Source: an uncultured SAR86 cluster bacterium (lineage in GTDB: Bacteria; Pseudomonadota; Gammaproteobacteria; Magnimaribacterales; AG-339-G14). Taken from it: a DNA stretch of 64,000 nucleotides. The notes beneath the pieces are model-generated. The model saw only the letters and a program-made list of their open reading frames with translations. It searched no databases and was not told where the DNA came from. Of the stretch, positions 57,070 through 64,000 are shown piece by piece. Position numbers and translations under genes: made by a program. The stretch is from assembly GCA_902614235.1 (NCBI GenBank), contig CACMKG010000001.1, positions 340,916-404,915 of the forward strand, written 5' to 3'. Positions within the stretch are counted from its first letter, which is position 1; every line of letters begins with the position of its first letter.

Positions 57070-59134
57070 CATTATTTCTAGGATCATTTGAAGCTCTCTC
57101 ATTGGTTTTGTGATTAGCATTTTCGAGTGATTCCTGTTTTTCTTCTAACTTTCTAGAATCATCCTTTTTCGGTCTGCTTAATTTTTTTGGTTTGACTCTT
57201 TCTTTTTCAGGTACGTTTTTAGTTTCTTTTATTTCATTCTGAAACGATTCTTTTTGATTTGCTTTTGTAGAGTTATTTATAGGTTTTTCCTTTACTTCTT
57301 TTCTAGGTTCTTTTAAATTTTTTTTATCCTTTATAGGCCTACTTAATTTTTTTGGTTTTTGAGTTTCTTTTCCTTCTTTTTTCTTAGGCTTAATATCTTT
57401 TTTGGGTTGTTTATTTTCAAAATTTCTTTTTTTATTATTTTGATTTCTATTTATTTTTTTTGGATAAGTATTTTTTACATTTTTTCTTTTAAAGTTTTTT
57501 GGAGGCGTTTTAACTTTAATTTTTTTTGGTTGTTTTGAAGAGAAAATATCTACAATCTTTGAAATTATTCCTTTTTTAGGTCTCACAGATGGTTTTATAT
57601 TGACCGCTGCTTCTTCTTTTTTGAATGTTTTTTTTGTCTTTTTTTCGAATTGTTCCGCTGCTGATAAAGATGACTTGCTCTTTTCAGGATCAACTATTTT
57701 TCCATCTTTTATTCTAAGCACTTCAAATCTCGAGTCAGGTCTTGTAGCATCTGAGATTACAACAACCTTAGTGTTCGATCTGGCTTCAATATCATTTAAT
57801 CGAATTCTTCTTTCATTAAGAAGCAAAGAAGACATATCTGGAGATACAATGGCTCTTACTTCACTTGTATTTTGTTTACTAGTTTCTTCTTCTACTAGTC
57901 TTAATACTGAAGTAGACAAAGTATTTACGTCTTGAGTCCATCTTTCAGAAAGGGATGACCTCATCCTCTGCCTTGACAACTCAAGCAAACCAAATCTAGA
58001 AATTCTTCCTACCTGAACTCTAGCTCTATCATTAGATAAAGCTTTTCTCATCTCATCTTCTACAGCTCGTTTATTCTCCAATCTCATCATATCTATAAAG
58101 TCAATAACTACTAACCCGCCAATATCTCTCAACTTAAACTGTCTAGCAATTTCTCTACATGCTTCAAGGTTAGTATTTGTTGCTGTTTCTTCAATATCTT
58201 TACCAGACGTTGCTTGAGAAGAATTAATATCTATAGCAACTAAAGCTTCAGTATCATCTATAACAATTGAGCCACCTGATTCTAATTTTACTTCTCTTTG
58301 ATAAGCTGTCTCTATTTGAGATTCAATTTGATACCTGGTGAAGAGGGGAAGAGTATTTTCATACTTGTTCAACATACTTAATTGATCTGGCATCACTCTT
58401 TCTACAAATTCTTCTGCTTGATCAAATGCCTCTTTTGTATCTATCCATATTTCCTCTATATCTTCCTTTAAATAATCTCTCAAGGTTCTAATGATAATGT
58501 CATCCTCTTTGTAAATAAGAAAAGGAGATTTTTTTAATACGTTTGCTTCCGTAATTGCATCCCAAACTTTTAATAGATACTGAAGATCCCATTTAAGTTC
58601 TTCAGGATCTTTCCCTTCACCAGCAGTTCTAACAATTACCCCCATTTCTTTTGGCGCGTTTAAAGCTTCTACTTTTGATTTTAATTTTTCTCTTTCTAGA
58701 GGATCGAGCCTTCTTGAAATCCCCGAAGCTCTGGAGTTATTCGGCATTAAGACTAAAAATCTTCCAGCTAAACTTATAATTGTTGTTAAGGCTGCACCTT
58801 TGCTACCTCTTTCATCTTTTTCAACTTGAACGATGATCTCTTGATCTTTGGTAAGGCAGTCTTTTATTGAAATGCGTTCATTGTTTTTTTTGTTTTTGGG
58901 TAAAAATTGTGGAGCAATCTCTTTAAAGGGTAAAAAACCATGTCTCTCTGCACCATAATCAACAAATGCTGCACCTAAACTAGGCTCTATTCTACTTACT
59001 CTACCTTTATAAATATTGCCTTTTCTTCTTATCTCAGCAATATTCTCAATATCTAAATCAAACAGGGTGTTACCTTCAGTAACCGCAATTCTTAGTTCTT
59101 CTGGTTGAGTAGCATTAATTAGCATCCTTTTCAT
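57062..59134 (-). CDS. rne: Ribonuclease E (short form with Lys-rich C-terminal tail)
   Basis: MKRMLINATQPEELRIAV, an S1 domain, catalytic blocks ALVAIDINS and GGLVVIDFIDM, and divergent from rluC as in E. coli. SD GGAG lies 7 nt before the ATG. 690 aa. Confidence 0.9.
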   Translation of the reverse strand: MKRMLINATQPEELRIAVTEGNTLFDLDIENIAEIRRKGNIYKGRVSRIEPSLGAAFVDYGAERHGFLPFKEIAPQFLPKNKKNNERISIKDCLTKDQEIIVQVEKDERGSKGAALTTIISLAGRFLVLMPNNSRASGISRRLDPLEREKLKSKVEALNAPKEMGVIVRTAGEGKDPEELKWDLQYLLKVWDAITEANVLKKSPFLIYKEDDIIIRTLRDYLKEDIEEIWIDTKEAFDQAEEFVERVMPDQLSMLNKYENTLPLFTRYQIESQIETAYQREVKLESGGSIVIDDTEALVAIDINSSQATSGKDIEETATNTNLEACREIARQFKLRDIGGLVVIDFIDMMRLENKRAVEDEMRKALSNDRARVQVGRISRFGLLELSRQRMRSSLSERWTQDVNTLSTSVLRLVEEETSKQNTSEVRAIVSPDMSSLLLNERRIRLNDIEARSNTKVVVISDATRPDSRFEVLRIKDGKIVDPEKSKSSLSAAEQFEKKTKKTFKKEEAAVNIKPSVRPKKGIISKIVDIFSSKQPKKIKVKTPPKNFKRKNVKNTYPKKINRNQNNKKRNFENKQPKKDIKPKKKEGKETQKPKKLSRPIKDKKNLKEPRKEVKEKPINNSTKANQKESFQNEIKETKNVPEKERVKPKKLSRPKKDDSRKLEEKQESLENANHKTNERASNDPRNNAS
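57171..57358 (-). repeat. In-frame direct repeat inside the rne tail encoding KPKKLSRP twice
   Basis: 57171-57193 (ggtctgcttaatttttttggttt) and 57336-57358 (ggcctacttaatttttttggttt) match at 21 of 23 nt. They are offset by 165 nt (55 codons). Confidence 0.7.
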
Positions 59135-59167
59135 TGGATATCTCCGTAACGCTGTAAATATTATTAT

Positions 59168-59224
59168 CAGAGCAGACCTCTGAAAGAAGTGTTTCTTTGG
59201 GAGGTTTTACGCCTTTGCTACCTC
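59168..59224 (-). promoter_or_regulatory. Three adjacent short hairpins in the rne 5' leader (candidate autoregulatory element)
   Basis: Stems are cagag/ctctg (59168-59182), aaagaa/ttcttt (59083-59098 is not meant; correct span 59183-59198) and gaggt/acctc (59201-59224). They are locally G+C-richer than the rest of the 234-nt spacer and sit just upstream of the SD (59142-59145). Confidence 0.3.
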
Positions 59225-59368
59225 AAACTTAGAAACTAAAAAATTATATTTAAAGCTTATTAATTTAAAATATCTAAAATGAACTTTTTCACGTCTTACT
59301 TAAAATTGCGATTCATTCTAGAAAAAAGTCATTTTATATGTCTTTAAGGTATAGAATCAAATTTTTTT

Positions 59369-60313
59369 ATGAATACTAAATCTGACAAAGTACAAAAGAT
59401 TATTGTTGATATTGATCATTCTGGACAAAGATTGGACAATTTTCTTCTTAATTTTCTAAAAGGAATACCAAAATCAAAAATATATTCAATAATTAGAAAA
59501 GGAGAAGTCAGGGTTAATAGCTCAAGAAAGAAAGTATCTTATAAAATTGTTGAGGATGACTTGATAAGAATTCCGCCTCTAAATATAGCAACTGCGTCAA
59601 AAAATGTTCCCCCATCGTCTTTTATAAAAGTTTTACAAAAAAATATAATTTATGAAGATAATAACTGTCTCGTTATTAATAAACCTTATGGCGTCGCTTC
59701 CCATGGTGGAAGTGGAATATCCATTGGTCTGATAGAGGCTATAAGAAATTTTGGAAAGGAATACAGAGACTGCAAATTAGTTCATAGATTAGATAGAAAT
59801 ACATCTGGATGTCAGTTAATTTCAAAAAAGCAAAAATTTCTAAGAATTTGTAATTTACTTTTACGAGAAAGAAAATTTAAAAAAAAATACATTGCTCTTA
59901 TTCATGGACAATGGCCCGACGAATTAAAATTAATTGAAAATAAACTAGAAAAAAATATAACAATTTCAGGTGAGAAAATGGTTAAAGTTTCCAAAAATGG
60001 AAAGGACTCAATCACTGAATTTAGAATTATTGAAAAAAGTGAATTTTTTACAAAATTATCTTGTAATTTAATAACGGGCAGAACTCATCAAATTAGAGTT
60101 CACACCTCTTCAAATAACTTTCCCATTGTTGGAGATTTAAAATATGGAAATAAAGAGAAAGATAAAAAATTCTTAGAAAACGACTTAAAGAGGATGTTTT
60201 TGCATTCTAGTCATTTAGAAATTAAAGACTTGAATTTAAAAGTATCTTGTGAAGAACCGAAAGAATTTAAAAAAATAATAAAAATTAGTGAATCTAAGTC
60301 ATTTTTAACCTAG
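59369..60313 (+). CDS. rluC: 23S rRNA pseudouridine synthase RluC (RluA family)
   Basis: N-terminal S4 domain (GQRLDNFL), catalytic HRLDRNTSG, GRTHQIRVH, and divergent from rne. Confidence 0.8.
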   Translation: MNTKSDKVQKIIVDIDHSGQRLDNFLLNFLKGIPKSKIYSIIRKGEVRVNSSRKKVSYKIVEDDLIRIPPLNIATASKNVPPSSFIKVLQKNIIYEDNNCLVINKPYGVASHGGSGISIGLIEAIRNFGKEYRDCKLVHRLDRNTSGCQLISKKQKFLRICNLLLRERKFKKKYIALIHGQWPDELKLIENKLEKNITISGEKMVKVSKNGKDSITEFRIIEKSEFFTKLSCNLITGRTHQIRVHTSSNNFPIVGDLKYGNKEKDKKFLENDLKRMFLHSSHLEIKDLNLKVSCEEPKEFKKIIKISESKSFLT

Positions 60314-60331
60314 AATCCTTCTCTAATTATT

Positions 60332-60538
60332 ATGGCTGTACAAAAAAGCAAAGTTTCAAGATCGAGAAGAGGGGCGAGAAGATCTCACAATGCTCTTAAA
60401 TCTCCTGCACTTTCAACCGATCAGACGACTGGAGAGAGACACTTACGTCATCACATGACTGAAGATGGTTTTTACAAAGGTAAAAAAGTAATGGAAGTTA
60501 AAGTGAAAGAGAAAGATTCAGAGGCACCTCCAGAGTAA
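60332..60538 (+). CDS. rpmF: 50S ribosomal protein L32
   Basis: N-terminus [19 protein letters not shown]. Confidence 0.95.
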   Translation: MAVQKSKVSRSRRGARRSHNALKSPALSTDQTTGERHLRHHMTEDGFYKGKKVMEVKVKEKDSEAPPE

Positions 60539-60539
60539 A

Positions 60540-61274
60540 GTGTCCCCAAAAAAAGTTTTAGTTACAGGTTCTTCAAGAGGTATAGGCAATTCCATCCTTG
60601 AGTTCTTTTCAAATGAAGAATTTATTCCTATAGGAACAGCAACATCATCCAATGGAGTAGAAATCATTAAAGAAAAGTTCAGTGATAATAATATTGCTGG
60701 CCACGCTTTCGAATTAGATTTAAATGATGCTGAGTCAATTGAGAATTTTTTTAAAACTATGAAAGAAAAAGACCTTAATCCTGATATTTTAATAAATAAT
60801 GCAGGTATTGCCAGAGATAATCTTATGTTGAGGATGTCTGAACAAGATTGGACAGAGGTTTTGAATGTTCATTTAACAGGCCAGTTTAAATTGATGAAAA
60901 ATTTCTTAAGAGGTATGTTGAAAAATAAATGGGGCAGGGTTATCAATATTTCATCAGCTGCTGCAGCACTTGGGAATAAAGGACAGTCAAATTATGTAGC
61001 TGCAAAGGCGGGAATAGAGGCAATGTCAAAAACTCTAGCAAGAGAGGTAGGAAGTAAAAATATCACGGTTAATTGTATTGCGCCAGGCTTTATTGAAACA
61101 GATATGTTGAAGGATTTAGATGAAGCTTATCTTAGTGCCATTGCAAGTGAAATTCCTTTACAAAGATTAGGAAAAACTGAAGAAATTGCAAGTCTAGTAA
61201 AGTTTTTGGCTTCTGATGAAGCAAATTATATTACTGGACAAACCGTACACATAAATGGTGGCCTATTTATGTAA
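60540..61274 (+). CDS. fabG: 3-Oxoacyl-ACP reductase
   Basis: Motifs VTGSSRGIG, NNAG, and the SDR catalytic S...YVAAK. GTG start 1 nt after the rpmF stop. Confidence 0.9.
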   Translation: MSPKKVLVTGSSRGIGNSILEFFSNEEFIPIGTATSSNGVEIIKEKFSDNNIAGHAFELDLNDAESIENFFKTMKEKDLNPDILINNAGIARDNLMLRMSEQDWTEVLNVHLTGQFKLMKNFLRGMLKNKWGRVINISSAAAALGNKGQSNYVAAKAGIEAMSKTLAREVGSKNITVNCIAPGFIETDMLKDLDEAYLSAIASEIPLQRLGKTEEIASLVKFLASDEANYITGQTVHINGGLFM

Positions 61275-61342
61275 AAAAAATTTCTAGAAAGATTTTTTTC
61301 TAGTTTGGTATATAATTGCACAGATTTAATGGAGAGGTTCAT

Positions 61343-61576
61343 ATGAGCAGCACTGAAGATAGAGTAAAAAGAATTGTTTGCGAACAACTTGGAGTTGGAG
61401 AGGAAGAAGTCACCACCAGCGCATCATTTATTGATGATCTAGGAGCTGATTCTTTAGACACAGTAGAACTCGTCATGGCTTTTGAAGAAGAATTCGAAAT
61501 AGAAATCCCTGATGAAGAGGCTGAAAAAATTTCTACTGTTCAAGACGCAGTAGATTATATTGACTCAGCATCTTAA
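61343..61576 (+). CDS. acpP: Acyl carrier protein
   Basis: [20 protein letters not shown] with the phosphopantetheine Ser. I prefer ATG 61343 (SD GGAGAG at 61331-61336) over track start 61316. Confidence 0.95.
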   Translation: MSSTEDRVKRIVCEQLGVGEEEVTTSASFIDDLGADSLDTVELVMAFEEEFEIEIPDEEAEKISTVQDAVDYIDSAS

Positions 61577-61583
61577 TACCTAA

Positions 61584-62825
61584 ATGGATCAAAAAAGGCG
61601 AGTAGTTGTTACTGGCCTAGGACTCATCAGTCCTTTAGGAAATTCTGTAAAAACATCATGGCATAGCGCGATAGAGGGCAGGAGTGGAGCTGCGTTAATT
61701 TCAAAATTTGATACAGAAAATTTTCTTACCAAATTTGGAGCCACGGTTAAGGATTTTGAAGCTTTAGATTGTATCGATCCAAAAGAAGCGAGAAGAACTG
61801 ATTTATTCATTCAATATGGAACAGCTGCTGCAATCGAGGCTATAAATGATTCTGGTTTTCTAGAGTTTTATCAATTGGAAGATATTGGAGTATCGGTGAG
61901 CTCTGGTATTGGCGGGCTTTCTACCATAGAAGAAAATGCCATTATTTTAAAAGAAAAGGGACCAAGAAGAATTTCCCCATTCTTCGTGCCAGGTTCAATT
62001 ATTAATATGGCATCAGGAAATATTGCTATTAAATATGGTTTTAAAGGACCAAATCTATCGATGGTATCTGCTTGTTCTTCTGCTGGACACAGCATTGGCT
62101 ATTCTGCTCGGACTATTTCTTATGGAGACGCGGACGTTATGGTTGCTGGTGGAGCTGAAGCAGCTATGTCGCCTCTTGGTATGGCTGGATTTAATGCCGC
62201 TAAAGCATTATCAACGAGGAATGATTCTCCTGAAGAGGCTAGTCGTCCCTGGGATAAAGAAAGAGATGGCTTTGTTCTTGGAGAAGGAGCTGGTGTTTTA
62301 ATTCTTGAAGAACTGGAAGCCGCCAAGAAAAGATCTGCAAAAATATATGCTGAAGTTACAGGCTTTGGTCAAAGTGATGATGCTTTCCATATAACTGCGC
62401 CTGCTGAAGATGGAGTTGGAGCAAAACTTGCGATGAAAAATGCTTTAGAGGATAGTAATCTTGATGTTTCCGAAATCGAACACATTAATGCTCACGGTAC
62501 ATCTACACCACTTGGCGATGTTGTTGAATCAATGGCAATAAAAGAAGTTTTTAAAAATAGTGCTGATTCAATCTTAGTTAGTTCTACTAAATCGATGACT
62601 GGTCATTTATTGGGAGCCGCTGGAGCAATAGAATCTATATTCAGCATATGCTCTATCAATAATGATGTTGTCCCCCCAACAATAAATTTGATCAATCCAG
62701 ATAATGAAGCGAATTTAAATTTAGTTGCCAATCAATCTGAAGAAAGAAAAATTAAATCAGTAATGAATAATACTTTTGGCTTTGGCGGCACTAATGTATC
62801 TCTAATTTTTAGTGAATATTCATAA
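61584..62825 (+). CDS. fabF: 3-Oxoacyl-ACP synthase II
   Basis: KRRVVVTGLG, active-site SACSS, NAHGTSTP, GHLLGAAG and NTFGFGGTN. Confidence 0.95.
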   Translation: MDQKRRVVVTGLGLISPLGNSVKTSWHSAIEGRSGAALISKFDTENFLTKFGATVKDFEALDCIDPKEARRTDLFIQYGTAAAIEAINDSGFLEFYQLEDIGVSVSSGIGGLSTIEENAIILKEKGPRRISPFFVPGSIINMASGNIAIKYGFKGPNLSMVSACSSAGHSIGYSARTISYGDADVMVAGGAEAAMSPLGMAGFNAAKALSTRNDSPEEASRPWDKERDGFVLGEGAGVLILEELEAAKKRSAKIYAEVTGFGQSDDAFHITAPAEDGVGAKLAMKNALEDSNLDVSEIEHINAHGTSTPLGDVVESMAIKEVFKNSADSILVSSTKSMTGHLLGAAGAIESIFSICSINNDVVPPTINLINPDNEANLNLVANQSEERKIKSVMNNTFGFGGTNVSLIFSEYS

Positions 62826-63746
62826 GTGCGTTCATTAATTCTTTTTTTTATTATTTACTTTCTTTCTTCTTTCTTTTTTTTAATAAACAAAAACTTTTAT
62901 AGCTCTCAAGACCATATTTTTTTAATAAAAGAAGGACAATCATTTAATACGCTAAAGAAAAGCTTAGAAGATTTAAATATTACTTTTCCATTTATTATCG
63001 ACCTATTTTTCTATATTTCTGGAGCAGACAAATCCCTGAGAAAAGGTGAATATCTAATAGATAAAAAATCCGATCTGCTTTCATTTTCTACTGATTTAGC
63101 AAAAGGAAAAGTTTTTTATAGATCTTTTTATATACCCGAAGGATCTGTTGTAACCCAATTTTTATCAGATAAAGAAAAAAAGTCTTTTTGTGACTATAAA
63201 GGTCTAGAAGAATGCGATTTAGAAGGAATGTTCCATCCAAATACTTATTATTTTGAAGCAGGAGAGAATATAAATGAATTGTTGAACGAAGCCTTTAATG
63301 CTCAATTGTTAATTGCAACAGAACAATTTGAAAAAATTAAAGAAAATAAGTCCATCAAAGATATTTACGATTTAATTATAATTGCATCTATTTTAGAAAA
63401 AGAATCATGTCCTAATGAGAGAAGCTTAATATCAGGGATTATTTATAATAGACTAGAAAGCGGAATGAAATTACAAATAGACTCTACAGTTATTTACGGT
63501 ATAGATAATTTTAACGGTAATCTAACTAAAAATGATCTTAAAAAAAATACACCCTTCAATAGTTATACTAACTACGGATTGCCTCCTAAACCAATATCAA
63601 CTCCATCTAAATCGTCTCTCATCGCTGCAGCAAATCCAACAGAAAGTGAATACCTTTTTTTTGTAAGCAAAGGCAAATGTGCTCACCAATTTTCGAAGAG
63701 CTATTCTGAACACTTAAAAGCAATAAAAAAATATCAACTTAACTAA
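62826..63746 (+). CDS. mltG: Endolytic murein transglycosylase MltG (YceG)
   Basis: N-terminal TM helix, ASILEKE, LQIDSTVIYG and YNSYTNYGLPPKPISTPS. GTG start abuts the fabF stop. Confidence 0.9.
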   Translation: MRSLILFFIIYFLSSFFFLINKNFYSSQDHIFLIKEGQSFNTLKKSLEDLNITFPFIIDLFFYISGADKSLRKGEYLIDKKSDLLSFSTDLAKGKVFYRSFYIPEGSVVTQFLSDKEKKSFCDYKGLEECDLEGMFHPNTYYFEAGENINELLNEAFNAQLLIATEQFEKIKENKSIKDIYDLIIIASILEKESCPNERSLISGIIYNRLESGMKLQIDSTVIYGIDNFNGNLTKNDLKKNTPFNSYTNYGLPPKPISTPSKSSLIAAANPTESEYLFFVSKGKCAHQFSKSYSEHLKAIKKYQLN

Positions 63747-63748
63747 TA

Positions 63749-64000
63749 ATGTTCATTACATTTGAAGGCATTGAAGGCTCTGGTAAGTCATCTTTAATAG
63801 TTAAATTAAAAAAATATTTTAAAAACAGCAGGATTGAAACCTTTTTCTCCAAAGAGCCTGGTGGAACAGATTTAGGAAAAGAAATAAGAAATGTCTTACT
63901 AAATCCCAAGTCTTCTATTAGTTCCGAAGCAGAATTGTTATTACTCATGGCTGATAGAGCAGAACATGTCCAAAAAAAAATACAACCAAATCTTTTAAAA
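63749..64000 (+). CDS. tmk: Thymidylate kinase, N-terminal part (runs off the window end)
   Basis: My translation from ATG 63749 is MFITFEGIEGSGKSS...SKEPGGT..G..IR..LL......S...ELLLLMADRAEH. It has the P-loop and the conserved position after mltG. Confidence 0.9.
   Translation, partial: MFITFEGIEGSGKSSLIVKLKKYFKNSRIETFFSKEPGGTDLGKEIRNVLLNPKSSISSEAELLLLMADRAEHVQKKIQPNLLK

Noticed and set aside
61316-61342. Upstream extension of acpP (track start 61316)
   Set aside because: A canonical ACP N-terminus ([12 protein letters not shown]) begins at 61343 and is preceded by the SD GGAGAG. The extension is not ACP-like.
63739-63948. 69-aa reverse-strand ORF at the window end
   Set aside because: It is antisense to a clear tmk N-terminus (P-loop EGIEGSGKS), so it is a shadow ORF.
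1-64000. CRISPR arrays, tRNA/rRNA/tmRNA genes, IS elements, toxin-antitoxin pairs, defence systems
   Set aside because: Apart from 1875-2134 and 59135-59368, whatever lies between the ORFs called here is at most about 120 nt. I saw no spaced direct repeats, no cloverleaf-like G+C-rich segments, no transposase, integrase or recombinase ORFs, and no small two-gene cassettes of unknown function. This was a visual scan only, so a tRNAscan, Infernal or defence-finder run could still overturn it.

Overview
This is a strongly AT-rich, very gene-dense chromosomal segment. I count about 62 well-supported protein genes and 2 possible small membrane-peptide ORFs. I recognised no rRNA, tRNA, CRISPR array, transposase, integrase or prophage gene. 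Gene order follows core gammaproteobacterial synteny. One block is aroC-leuCDB-asd-fimV-truA-trpFBA-accD-folC-cvpA-purF, as in Pseudomonas. Another is rne / rluC-rpmF-fabG-acpP-fabF-mltG-tmk, as in E. coli but with genes missing. Other content: nagZ, pgi, def, tadA, xthA, prc, two adjacent acyl-CoA dehydrogenases, yhhQ, nadK, pyrD, topA, lexA with a perfect SOS box, a CysB-like regulator-thrH-prpBCD methylcitrate cluster, acnB, argG, fabD, metG, mlaA, dusA, nhaB and nudC. The composition, the many overlapping stop/start codons and the tiny intergenic spacers suggest a streamlined marine gammaproteobacterium; SAR86-like is only a guess. All function calls rest on motifs I recognise by eye in the supplied translations, because no database search was possible. 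This looks like ordinary core genome, and I see no convincing new multi-gene system such as a defence island or mobile element. The observations most worth a second look: (1) metG is split from its tRNA-binding C-terminal domain exactly at an A5 homopolymer. (2) An acyl-CoA dehydrogenase pair has the downstream member with Phe at the canonical catalytic-Glu position. (3) The lexA promoter has its SOS box covering a TATAAT only 7 nt from the ATG. (4) A translationally coupled DUF1289 / Old-Yellow-Enzyme / fatty-acid-hydroxylase trio shares a 29-bp control region with acnB. (5) Three isolated surface-glycan genes (GT25, RgpF-like, orphan OPX exporter) are wedged between housekeeping genes, two of them in patches of lower G+C. 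(6) Divergent spacers are extremely short (12-29 bp) and convergent genes overlap by up to 39 nt. (7) The rne leader is structured and the RNase E tail carries a repeated KPKKLSRP motif.
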